Shown piece by piece: positions 9,392 through 19,300 of a stretch of 64,000 nt of DNA. Source of the DNA: a virus; the IMG/VR virus record IMGVR_UViG_3300020419_000005; one strand, written 5' to 3'. The position numbers and the translations under genes are program-made. The notes under the pieces were generated by a model. The model was not told the DNA's origin. It did no database searches and worked only from the letters and a program-made list of their open reading frames with translations. Within the stretch, counting starts at the first letter, position 1. Each line of letters starts with the position of its first letter.

Positions 9392-9715
9392 TTAGTGCTT
9401 TTGTAATTTAACCATTACAGTCTCCTTTTGCATAGGAGCGACATCATTTAATCCATTAGCATCAAACCAAGGAGCATTCTCCCAGTCGAATCCTTCACCG
9501 AATGTATTGTCGGGTGCCATAACATACCAATGACATTTAGCATCTGGAATATCTACAGCACACACTGCCCAGTCATCTGCCCATTGAGGAACTTGTACAT
9601 ACATCACTGGCAAGTGATTAGCAAGTACGGGTACCACATTTATAGTAAGTGATGCTATGCAACACAGTACAAATAATAAAGGGACAAATTTAAGTGGGAA
9701 TGGTTTTTTGTTCAT
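9392..9715 (-). CDS. Hypothetical protein with N-terminal signal/TM segment
   Basis: Basic N-terminus, hydrophobic stretch, then a Trp/Cys-rich domain (WAVCAVD..DAKCHWY). Confidence 0.7.
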   Translation of the reverse strand: MNKKPFPLKFVPLLFVLCCIASLTINVVPVLANHLPVMYVQVPQWADDWAVCAVDIPDAKCHWYVMAPDNTFGEGFDWENAPWFDANGLNDVAPMQKETVMVKLQKH

Positions 9716-9717
9716 AA

Positions 9718-12700
9718 TTATAAAGCAGCGATTGCAGACTGGAACGCAGCATAAGTAGCGGAGTTCGCAGCAGCAGTTTTGAGTTGTGCTAGTGTAATTG
9801 TCTCTGCTTGTAATGCAGAGTCTGCCTTGACACCTTGGGCAGCAGTAGCGTATGCAGTTGATGCAGTCGCAGCAGCAGTGCCTAGTGTAGGTTTGCCACT
9901 TAAATCATTATATGCACCAGAGAATAATGAAGGTTTGCCAGTTAGATCATTGTATGCTCCACTGGTTGCTACAGTTGACAAGTCACCTGGTTGTGTAGCA
10001 GAAGCAGCAAGTGTACCCTGTGCAGCAGTTGCATAAGCACTTGAAGCAGTGGTAGCAGCAGATCCAAGTCCAAGAGTTGTTCTTGCAGCAGATGCTGATG
10101 CGTCATCAACCAGTGTTAGACCAAATGTGCTGATTGCAGAAGCATCAAGTTTTCCAGTGATACCTGCAACAACACGAGCATCTGCTCTAGCATTTGTATA
10201 GTATAGATTTGTTGATCCCTCTGCTACATCATCAGTATCGTGGTTAGATAGTGATGCAATAGTTGAAGGAATAGTATATGATATTACACCAGTAGAAGAA
10301 TTATATCCTAGATCTCCACTGACTGATATGTGTCCACGAGTTCTTGCAGCAGTGGTGAATAGGTTGGTTGATCCTTCTGTGATATTATCTGTATCAATGT
10401 CTGACTGAGTAACAGACAAAGTACCAGAAGAGTGTGTAATACCTGTTCCATATGTAAAGTGTGTTCTGGTTCTAGCAGCAGTGGTGAATAAATTTGTTGA
10501 TCCTTCAGTAACGTTGTCAGTATCGATGTCTGCCTGTGTTACAGATAGAGTACCACCAGAGTGAGTGATACCTGTGCCATATGTGAAGTGAGTTCTTGTA
10601 CGAGCAGCAGTAGTAAAGAGATTAGTTGATCCCTCAGTAATATTATCAGTATTAATATCTGCCTGAGTTGCACTCAAGGTTAAGATATTTCCTGCATCAT
10701 CGTAAGTAGCAGTAATACCTGTACCACCTGTGATTAGAGCGTTAACTCTGTCATCAACTCTTTCATCTGTGAAGTATAGATTTGTAGATCCTTCTGTAAG
10801 AGCATCTGTATTATGGTTACTAATGTCACCAACCTGTGACTCTTGGAACGTAATAGTTCCAGTAACGTTCATATTACCTTGAACTTCAAAGTTTGTAGAA
10901 CAAACAAAGTTACTTACAGATAAAGTATTTGAACTAGGAACATATTTAAAGTTATCTGAGTCAGTTCTTATTTCAGTGTTTCCAGTTGTAGCAGAAACAA
11001 ATGTTGGGAAGAATGTAAGGTTAGAACCTGTTGTGTTTGTGACATCAACTAGAGATGCAGTATCTGCATTACCTGTCAACGCACCAGTTACGTTACCAGT
11101 GATCTGACCTGTGACTCCAAGTGTGCCTTGTAAAGTTGTATCATCTTGAACAGTAAGTGTTCCAGTAATATTGGTGTTACCTGTAGGTCCGTCAACAGTA
11201 AATTTAACTCCTGCTGATCCACCAACTGATAAGTCATCACCAACATATGCTTTTTTCTTAACTGATAAACCACCATCTGTATGTACAGAAGCAGCACTAT
11301 CGTTATATGCAGAAGAATCTGTTACGTTATTTGCTTGTACAAGACCTGCAAATGTAGCAGCACCTGCTGTGACATCTATACCAGAATTAAAGTCTGCGTT
11401 ACCATCTACATTCAGAGTTGAATCAAAGTCAACTGCCTGTACAACATCAAGTGTACCTGCAATATCAGTATTACCACTTGCAGATGCAACGTTAAATTTA
11501 TTAGTGTTGATGTTAAATCCACCACCAACGTTTAAGGTTGATTGTAAGTTTGCTGTAGAAGTAGCAATGATTGAAGATAGGGTTGTTGTTCCACCTGTTA
11601 TATCGAGTGTTCCACCAACAACTGTGTTACCTGATGGTCCATCTACAGTAAAACTACCTCCACCAATGTCAAAGTCATCTCCAATATATGCCTTCTTAGT
11701 AACTGCTAAACCACCTGCTGTAAATATTGCAGCACCGTTATTGTTTGCAGCAGTTGCCTGTGCAGTAGAATTTGCTCTTAGTTTCTCTGTTAATGATACA
11801 ATACCACCAACTCCAAGAGTTCCATCTATTGTACTGTTTGTATATACTTTTAAGTCTCCACCAATACCAGTATTACCTGCAACAGATAAACCACCTGCTG
11901 ATACTCTTAACGCACCATTAGATGCCCAAGATCCACCAAGAGTTGCATTGGTAGAATTTGTAAGAGTTGTTATTCCAGTTACACCTAAAGTATTAGTAAT
12001 ATTTGTAACACCAGATACATCTAGGGTGTTATTTAAAGTCGTCCCTAACGTTACTCCTAGCGTCCCTGAGAGCGTTGTATTGTTTGTGACACCCAAAGTA
12101 CCACCAACAGTTAGATTAGAACCTGATCCAACAATATTAACAGTGGAATTTAATGTAGATATTCCATCTGCTCTAAAGGTTCCTGCTACTAATGTATTAC
12201 CTGTTGATTGAGCAACCGTAAATTTATTTGTATTAACTCTAAAGTCATTTGTTACATCGAGTGTACCAGTAATATCAACATTTCCACCAAACGATCCGTC
12301 GTCACCTACTATAAGATCATCACCAACTTGTAGATCTAGTCCAATACCTGCACCACCACCAACAATAAGAGCACCTGTAGAAGAATTAGTTGCGTTTGTA
12401 GTATCAAATAATTTGATAGAACCTGCATCAATACCAGATCTAGTACCAGAAAATACTTCAGAACTATTAGTAGCATTGTGATAAACAGCAAATCTAAGTG
12501 CTGAATCATCCCATCCGAAGAATCCTAGTTTAGCATTTGAATCATAATATCTAAACTCTACACCACGATCTTTTGCGTCGTCAGATGCAGGAGCAGTATC
12601 TCCACCCAGTGTGATGATAGGATCGTCCACAGTAATAGTAGTACTGTTTACTGTAGTTGTACTACCGTGAACTGTTAAGTTACCATCAACTATGGCATTA

Positions 12701-15700
12701 CCACCAACATTAAGGTCTTGTCCAGAACTCAGGGTGACGGGTGCCGTGAATTGAGACGTAGCATTTACCGTTAATGCGTCACCAGATGCGTCACCGATGG
12801 TATTCTGTGCACCATTTAAAGTGACATCTCTATTTAAAGTAACATCTCCGTGGACGGTAAGTGTTCCTACTGTTGCTGAACCTTGTCCAGTTCTACCTAT
12901 TGTTGTATTACCAGACTCTCCAAGAACTGTAAATTCTGTTGTGTCTCCAGAGTTAAGTTTACCAATATAAAGGTCATCACCAATATAAAGGTCGGTAGCA
13001 ATACCTGCACCACCATAAACTCTTAAGTTTGAAGTATTATCTGTAGCATAAGATGGAGTATAAGCAGCAGTAAATCCTGTACGAAGTTTATAACGTACAC
13101 GTAGATAGTTCTGTGTACTGAATGTCTCAGTGGTTCCTAAGTCTTTTTGGTTAATAGAACCGTTAATGTATAAATCTGAGTTAAACAGAGTGTCACCTTC
13201 AATGTAACCACCACCATCAAAACGGAAAGACCCGTAATCTCCACCAGATATGACGAAATTGTCTTGAGCATCTGTTCCTATAGTTGGTACATCAACATCC
13301 TCGTGATGGAAGAAATTACCTAGATTTAGAGTACCCTCAATATCGGTATTACCATTCGTGGTGCTGATTTGAAATTTTTGTGCACTACCATTTGTAAGAG
13401 TAAATGTCTTACCAGTAGTGTCCATCAAGAAATCATTATGTAAAGTTACATCGTCATCAACATCAAGTGTTGCATTAAAAGTAACATCGCTGTCTACATT
13501 TAGAGTTGAATCAAAGTCTACTCCTTGTTTGGTGTTGAGTGTTCCTTCGATAACTGTATTACCGTTATCAGTGTCAACCGTAAACTTATCAACACTACTA
13601 GCAGTACGGATTTTGAATTCTTTTGCATCGGCAGTAACAATTAAATTGTCTGTGATTTCAGTTTCTAACTGTACATCTAATGTACCTTCAATAATAGTAT
13701 TACCATTATCTGAATCAACTGTAAACTTATCTACACCCGCAGCAGTTTGTATTGCAAATTCTTTGTTATCTGCTTTAATAATTACGTTATTATTAATTTC
13801 TGATTGACCTGCAATCGTAACAGTACCACCAACGTGTGCGTTCTCAGAAAGTCCAAGTCCACCAGTTACAACTAATGTACCAGTTGTAGTTGATGTAGAA
13901 CCTGTATTTGTTGTAAGTGCTAAGTTACCTGCAATTAGAGGAGCATCAGTACCAGAGAAAACTTCGGATGTATTAGTTGCATTATATAAGAATCTATATC
14001 CACCTGTACCTGACCAAATATTTGAGTTAGCATAATCTTCATCCCAACCAAAGAATCCAACACGTGCCTGAGTATCGTAGTATTTAATCTCAACACCACG
14101 ATCTTTATTATCATCAGTAGTGGGGGCAGTGTCTCCACCAAGAGTAATGATGGGGTCATCTACCGATATTGTTGTACTATTTACTGTGGTAGTAGTTCCG
14201 TCTACTTGTAGATTACCACGTACTTGTACTAAACCTGTTGCAGCATCATCGTCACCTGGATCTAATACCATAGTGGCATCACTGGTTCCGATAGTGTTCT
14301 GCTGTAAGTAGAAATCTTCTACTTGAACTTTTGAAGCAACATTAGTTGCTGTGATAACAATACCATCATCTGATGTTACGTTTATCACTGATGTTCCTGA
14401 TCCTGCATTATTTGAAATAATGTCAAGAGTTCTATTTACAGAAGAGTTTACATTATGATGTATTTTTAAAGAACCTGATGAACGTTCTATTGTTTGTAGA
14501 GGTGTGTTTCCAGGTCTGTCAAGTTTTATAAGTGCACCACTAATATGAGTATCAACATTAATGTCTACTCCACCTGCACCAGTATTATCTACATTGTTAG
14601 CAGTAAATAATAAATTTCCACTGGTATCATTTACAGTAACATAATTAAGATAATTAAATCCTCTATATCCTGTTGTCGCTGTTAATTCTTGATCTAACTC
14701 AAAAGTTTCTACAGTATTACCATCAGCAAATCCCACCCTATTGTTTTGCATTTGAGTGTTATCGACTGCAAGTGCTGCAATAGTAACGTGACCATTTGCA
14801 TCTACATCAAAATCTTCTTGAGCAAATGATGCTAAACCTTTCTGTTCTGTAGCAGCAGCAGCGAGGTATCTCCAATTACTTACATCTCCACTTGTATGAG
14901 TAGGTGCTCCTTGTCCTGCACCAATATCTGTTATTGCCTGATATACTTTGCTTGCATTCTCCAGAATATCGTATCTATTATATGTTGAACCTGCATTATA
15001 GGTTGCATACTTTGAACCTTCAGTTGCAGTGGCAATCGGTACAACGGTTGCTTGTGTAATTCTTCCATATCTGTCAACAGAAAATTTAGATGCGTTTACA
15101 GTTTCTGTTCCGTATGGTTCACCATTAGCACCATTAGCGTCTACAGATGTTAATGCTTCAACATTATATGAACCCACAACAACCGCAGTATCAGCAAGGT
15201 CGATAAATGGGTTAGATGCTACACCATCAGGTGTAGTAAATATAATTCTACCTGCACCACCAGTTAAGTTTCTAGTAGTGATTTGTCCTGTAGCAGTTCT
15301 AGCAAGCATACCAAATGTGGTTATGTTCGCTAATGCTGTTAAGTCACTATCTAATCCTTGTGCGTCAGTAATTCCATACTCAGCAAGTGTAGATGCTAAA
15401 CTAGCACCAACAACCCTACCTCTTGAATCAACTTGAACTCTAGAATATAGAGCAGTTGCATCAGGATCGTTAGCATTATAATGTGGAAGAGATGTAACTA
15501 ATTCTAAGTTTGTAGCAAGGTTTAGGTTAGAAGAACCATCAAAAGAACCTGATCCAGTTATAGAACCTGTTAATTGAATTTGTCTTGCAGATGCAAGTCT
15601 TGTAGAAGTAGAAGCATTTCCAATTAACGTAGCACTAATAGCACCCGCCTCAAAGTTACCGTCAGCATCTCTTTTAACGAGAGTGTTAGCAGCGTTTGAT

Positions 15701-15870
15701 TCAGTTTCTATTGGTCTCTCATATCTAAGAGAGTTCCAAGGCGTTACACCATCTCCGATTTTGATACGTGAAGTATCAATCTCGATGCCAAGTTCACCTT
15801 GTGCCAAGATAGGGTTGATGTTTGCCCACTGTTGAGCACCATCACGTCTTAATTGGAGTCTATTTGCCAT
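9718..15870 (-). CDS. Long tail fibre protein (2050 aa)
   Basis: N-terminal QLRRD...W...NPILAQGE.G.E.DT..IKIGDG...WNSL (Mtd-N/hyaluronidase-N-like anchor), Gly/Thr-rich beta repeats, EGSTNL repeats, SGAYNDL.GKP; exact TATAAATA upstream. Confidence 0.88.
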   Translation of the reverse strand: MANRLQLRRDGAQQWANINPILAQGELGIEIDTSRIKIGDGVTPWNSLRYERPIETESNAANTLVKRDADGNFEAGAISATLIGNASTSTRLASARQIQLTGSITGSGSFDGSSNLNLATNLELVTSLPHYNANDPDATALYSRVQVDSRGRVVGASLASTLAEYGITDAQGLDSDLTALANITTFGMLARTATGQITTRNLTGGAGRIIFTTPDGVASNPFIDLADTAVVVGSYNVEALTSVDANGANGEPYGTETVNASKFSVDRYGRITQATVVPIATATEGSKYATYNAGSTYNRYDILENASKVYQAITDIGAGQGAPTHTSGDVSNWRYLAAAATEQKGLASFAQEDFDVDANGHVTIAALAVDNTQMQNNRVGFADGNTVETFELDQELTATTGYRGFNYLNYVTVNDTSGNLLFTANNVDNTGAGGVDINVDTHISGALIKLDRPGNTPLQTIERSSGSLKIHHNVNSSVNRTLDIISNNAGSGTSVINVTSDDGIVITATNVASKVQVEDFYLQQNTIGTSDATMVLDPGDDDAATGLVQVRGNLQVDGTTTTVNSTTISVDDPIITLGGDTAPTTDDNKDRGVEIKYYDTQARVGFFGWDEDYANSNIWSGTGGYRFLYNATNTSEVFSGTDAPLIAGNLALTTNTGSTSTTTGTLVVTGGLGLSENAHVGGTVTIAGQSEINNNVIIKADNKEFAIQTAAGVDKFTVDSDNGNTIIEGTLDVQLETEITDNLIVTADAKEFKIRTASSVDKFTVDTDNGNTVIEGTLNTKQGVDFDSTLNVDSDVTFNATLDVDDDVTLHNDFLMDTTGKTFTLTNGSAQKFQISTTNGNTDIEGTLNLGNFFHHEDVDVPTIGTDAQDNFVISGGDYGSFRFDGGGYIEGDTLFNSDLYINGSINQKDLGTTETFSTQNYLRVRYKLRTGFTAAYTPSYATDNTSNLRVYGGAGIATDLYIGDDLYIGKLNSGDTTEFTVLGESGNTTIGRTGQGSATVGTLTVHGDVTLNRDVTLNGAQNTIGDASGDALTVNATSQFTAPVTLSSGQDLNVGGNAIVDGNLTVHGSTTTVNSTTITVDDPIITLGGDTAPASDDAKDRGVEFRYYDSNAKLGFFGWDDSALRFAVYHNATNSSEVFSGTRSGIDAGSIKLFDTTNATNSSTGALIVGGGAGIGLDLQVGDDLIVGDDGSFGGNVDITGTLDVTNDFRVNTNKFTVAQSTGNTLVAGTFRADGISTLNSTVNIVGSGSNLTVGGTLGVTNNTTLSGTLGVTLGTTLNNTLDVSGVTNITNTLGVTGITTLTNSTNATLGGSWASNGALRVSAGGLSVAGNTGIGGDLKVYTNSTIDGTLGVGGIVSLTEKLRANSTAQATAANNNGAAIFTAGGLAVTKKAYIGDDFDIGGGSFTVDGPSGNTVVGGTLDITGGTTTLSSIIATSTANLQSTLNVGGGFNINTNKFNVASASGNTDIAGTLDVVQAVDFDSTLNVDGNADFNSGIDVTAGAATFAGLVQANNVTDSSAYNDSAASVHTDGGLSVKKKAYVGDDLSVGGSAGVKFTVDGPTGNTNITGTLTVQDDTTLQGTLGVTGQITGNVTGALTGNADTASLVDVTNTTGSNLTFFPTFVSATTGNTEIRTDSDNFKYVPSSNTLSVSNFVCSTNFEVQGNMNVTGTITFQESQVGDISNHNTDALTEGSTNLYFTDERVDDRVNALITGGTGITATYDDAGNILTLSATQADINTDNITEGSTNLFTTAARTRTHFTYGTGITHSGGTLSVTQADIDTDNVTEGSTNLFTTAARTRTHFTYGTGITHSSGTLSVTQSDIDTDNITEGSTNLFTTAARTRGHISVSGDLGYNSSTGVISYTIPSTIASLSNHDTDDVAEGSTNLYYTNARADARVVAGITGKLDASAISTFGLTLVDDASASAARTTLGLGSAATTASSAYATAAQGTLAASATQPGDLSTVATSGAYNDLTGKPSLFSGAYNDLSGKPTLGTAAATASTAYATAAQGVKADSALQAETITLAQLKTAAANSATYAAFQSAIAAL
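10190..10815 (-). repeat. Tandem coding repeats (TD...EGSTNL[YF] x5; about 40-aa unit x3) in the fibre
   Basis: Near-identical units DTDN.TEGSTNLFTTAARTRTHFTYGTGITHS.GTLSVTQ.D with a 120-nt period. Confidence 0.85.
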
Positions 15871-15900
15871 TGTTTATTAAGGACACTATTGCCTCTTTGA

Positions 15901-15908
15901 TATTTATA
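15901..15908 (-). promoter_or_regulatory. Late promoter TATAAATA for the fibre gene
   Basis: Exact T4 late consensus 30 nt upstream of the ATG at 15870. Confidence 0.85.
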
Positions 15909-15911
15909 AGC

Positions 15912-15937
15912 AAAATAGAAAGGGACTCAATGTCCCT
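15912..15937 (-). terminator. Rho-independent terminator
   Basis: Minus strand AGGGAC-attga-GTCCCT followed by TTCTATTTT, immediately after the 15942 stop and before the late promoter. Confidence 0.65.
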
Positions 15938-15941
15938 GACG

Positions 15942-16145
15942 CTATTCTGCTGTTAGTTCGTCTACCGTATTAGTTTTTAGATATTCGAGTGTTTCAATAG
16001 CACCTTGCAATTTGAGCATTTGAGTCTCGTTATCTTTTACTTTTGCTACGAGTTGTTGGTTTTCATCACGTAGTTTAGTGTACCTACCTTTAAAATCGTC
16101 GAGAAGTGCTTTCTCGTCCATTGTCTCAGGTGTGTCTACAGTCAT
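15942..16145 (-). CDS. Small coiled-coil hypothetical protein
   Basis: Heptad pattern with KLQGAIETLEYL; overlap-coupled to its neighbour. Confidence 0.75.
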   Translation of the reverse strand: MTVDTPETMDEKALLDDFKGRYTKLRDENQQLVAKVKDNETQMLKLQGAIETLEYLKTNTVDELTAE

Positions 16146-16363
16146 TGGTTTTTCTCCAGGAATGATTTTAATAGAGATTTGATCTCAGTCAATTCAGATT
16201 TTAGCACGCTTACATCAGATTGGAGGTCGGAAAACTCGTCATCTTTCAACTTGCGTTTTTTTGCTGCACTACCATTAGTAGCATTAATATTTAGCACAGC
16301 ACCAGAAGAGGAATCTCGTATTAAGTTTGGATGACCCTCGACTCTCTGGTATTTTGGTTTCAT
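16142..16363 (-). CDS. Small hypothetical protein with C-terminal coiled coil
   Basis: VEGHPNLIRD..SGAVLN N-terminus and LKSELTEIKSLL; follows the VrlC-like gene by a TAATG overlap. Confidence 0.8.
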   Translation of the reverse strand: MKPKYQRVEGHPNLIRDSSSGAVLNINATNGSAAKKRKLKDDEFSDLQSDVSVLKSELTEIKSLLKSFLEKNQ

Positions 16364-19300
16364 TACAGATCACTAAGTGCAATAACTCTAAGGTTCTTGA
16401 CCTCTGGGACGTAGCACTGATTAGACGAAGTTAAAATAATTTTAACCTGTGCTATCGTAAATTCAGTTCCCTCGAAGGTGTACTCAAAATCTCTATAAAG
16501 AAGACTTTCAGTTTTCTGAATTGTTTTGTCCTCAAGACCATTACCATTAAAATATGTATAACCTATTTCATTGACTGGAATTGTAGTTCCAACAGGTACA
16601 ATTTTATACATAACTTTTATCTCTGTAGCAGGATGTCTCCATCCTTCAAATCTTACTCTAAGTGAGTTAGCAGGGTTAATAAGATTCATTACCTTAGTAA
16701 CGTAAACTGCATCATCAAGATCACCTACAGCACTCTCTGCGTTGTTACTACCAACCGCAAGGTCATTAACTCTGTTCATAGTAGTAATAAGAGAGCAACG
16801 ATCTGTGTCAAGAACAGGAGATATGTTTGCATTAGATGTTGTCATTATCATTTGTACGTTCAATGATTTAGAACCAGATAATTTAGCATCTTCATTTACT
16901 TGTGAGCAAACCATCTTAGGTTCGTCAAGATAATTATCCTCATTAGGAATCATATCGTAGTAAATACCATCATTAATAAATGACGCTTGAGTTACATTGT
17001 TACCATCCTGTATTGATGTACCAGATACTGAGTTAATTCTAGGAACAACATCTGTCTCAGGATATACTGTCATTTGTAACTGAGGATATAGTTGATCAAA
17101 CTGTATGTTCTGTGTAGCAACTACATCAAAACCACCACTTACAATACCTGCTGTAGATACTGATGATACTTGAAGTTTATATGTATCAAGTGTTGGACTA
17201 CCAACAGCAGTGTGTAATTTATTGATTTCTGTTAAAGGAATACCGTCAAGGTTATAACATTCAACTATGCTGTTAGCACTGTGTGCTATTGCAGTAGTAC
17301 TTGCTTGTCCACGAGAACCTGATGGTAATGTAAATATTTTACCGTCACCAGATATGCCAGTATATTCAATAATTTCAAAATGTTGTCTAGGAATTTCTGG
17401 ATCACGAATAAGGATATAACCTTTATTAGATGTGCCTACTGTAGAACCGTTGATAACAGTGTGGAATGCAGCACCATCCATAACGTGTAACTGGAATGAA
17501 CCTGTAACACCATCACTTGCTGTAATACCATTTGTATGATATGCAGAGTCTATTATAGTTGGTGATACTTCAGATTTAACACCACTCATCAATACTGAGT
17601 TAGAACCATCGTGCATACAATGGTTTGAATGACGTACTTTAATTTCAGTTGCTCTGTTAAAGTATGAGATAGGAGCAGATGGATAATCATTAATATCATC
17701 ACCTTGGAAACTTGTACCACTTGTTCCAATAGTTCCTGATCCAGTTGTAGCAGAAGCAATCACCTGAGTAATTGCATCTCCATCAGCAAATGTACCTGTA
17801 ATTGATTTAACTGTTACAACTCCTGTTCCTGCGTTCCAGTCAGTAACCATAGCAGAACCACCAGTACCATTTGTCACTACTGTTCCAGTAGCAAATGTAC
17901 CAGATACACCAGTTAATGTAATAGTACCAACAGATCTTGAGGATACAAGTCTATAGATGAAACTAGAACCAGATGCAACACCTTCTCTAAAAGTTCCTAC
18001 AACATCATCAAGTATTAAGTATGCGTTAGATGAACCTGACACACCTTGTACAACTTCACGAACAATAGCAGATGGAGCAGGAGATACATCAGTCTGTGTA
18101 AGTTCAGCACCGATTGTAAAGTTAGCAACGTGGTCTGCAAGTATTATTTTAATCTCTGGTTTTGTAGTTTCTATAGGATCTAATCTTAGTCTTGATATAC
18201 CAAAGTTACCCTCTGCAAGTTCTGCGTTATTGAACCAAGCAGTTCCAGATCCTGCTGTATCAAATACCGCTTTATATAATGTAAATTTAAGATCTTCATA
18301 TTGATCAGCAGTCCAAGTAGATGCGTTCTGTGATTTGAATAAAACACCTGCATATGGTTGTTCAGATATTGTTCTATCAGATGTAACATCATCTTCACCC
18401 ATTCTTGAGATCCAAAGTTTATATTCATTGGAGTCAGAAAGTATAACTGCACAGTAGTCTCTATTCTCAGTCACATATACAGGTGATGGGAATGTAAACT
18501 TAGTTGGTATTGTACCATTTTCAGATAAGTTAATATCAGATGGTAGTAATGTTACGTCAGAGAAAGCAAGAACTTTTGTAGTTGGATAACCATTCGCCAT
18601 CTCTCTGATCTGACAAGATACAGGGATTCTTTCATCACGAGTTCTAAAGTAAATATCGATACTTGTTAAGAATGCACCACCCTTAGATTCAACCAAGAAT
18701 GATTGTGCAAGAGGGTCATACCATCCAGTATCTCTAACAGTTAATGATGTACTGTTAACTGTACGATCTTGTGTTACTGTGTCTCTTACGACATCAGCAT
18801 TTCTAACTGCAAGAATTGTTTGTTGCTGAGTTTCGATAACACCAGATGCAACATAGTTGTGTTGTGCAGCAGAGTCAACTTCACCAGGAACTCTAGAGTC
18901 AGTGGAAGATGTTGTTACACGAATAACACGAGTACCAGTAGCAAATCTTGGGTTGGTATTAACAGCAGGATTAGGAATCCACATAATACCTTCCATATCA
19001 CCATTAGTATTAGCAACTAATCTCTTAGGTTTAACAACAGCACGAGCACCAGATGTAGCACCTACAAGAATTTCTCCTTCTAATGGGTTTCCATAATATG
19101 TACCTGCAACTGTATCTGACATTGTTCTAGTGTCAATGTTAATGAATCCAGTAGTAGAAGCGTATGATGTAGGTAATTCACTCTGATCATAAGGTGATAA
19201 ACCATCAGTAAATCCTTGATTAGGATCAACAAGTTTTAAACGACATTGTGATGTCTGTCCTACAACAGTTTCACCAACAACAAATGGTGTATCATTAGTA

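Noticed and set aside
11171-12211. 346-aa plus-strand ORF and the many other plus-strand ORFs in the track
   Set aside because: They are antisense shadows of Gly/Thr/Ala-rich minus-strand genes, with no recognisable motifs or expression signals.
9718-15870. Diversity-generating retroelement target, suggested by the Mtd-like N-terminus
   Set aside because: No reverse transcriptase and no adenine-variant template/variable repeat pair was seen in the window.
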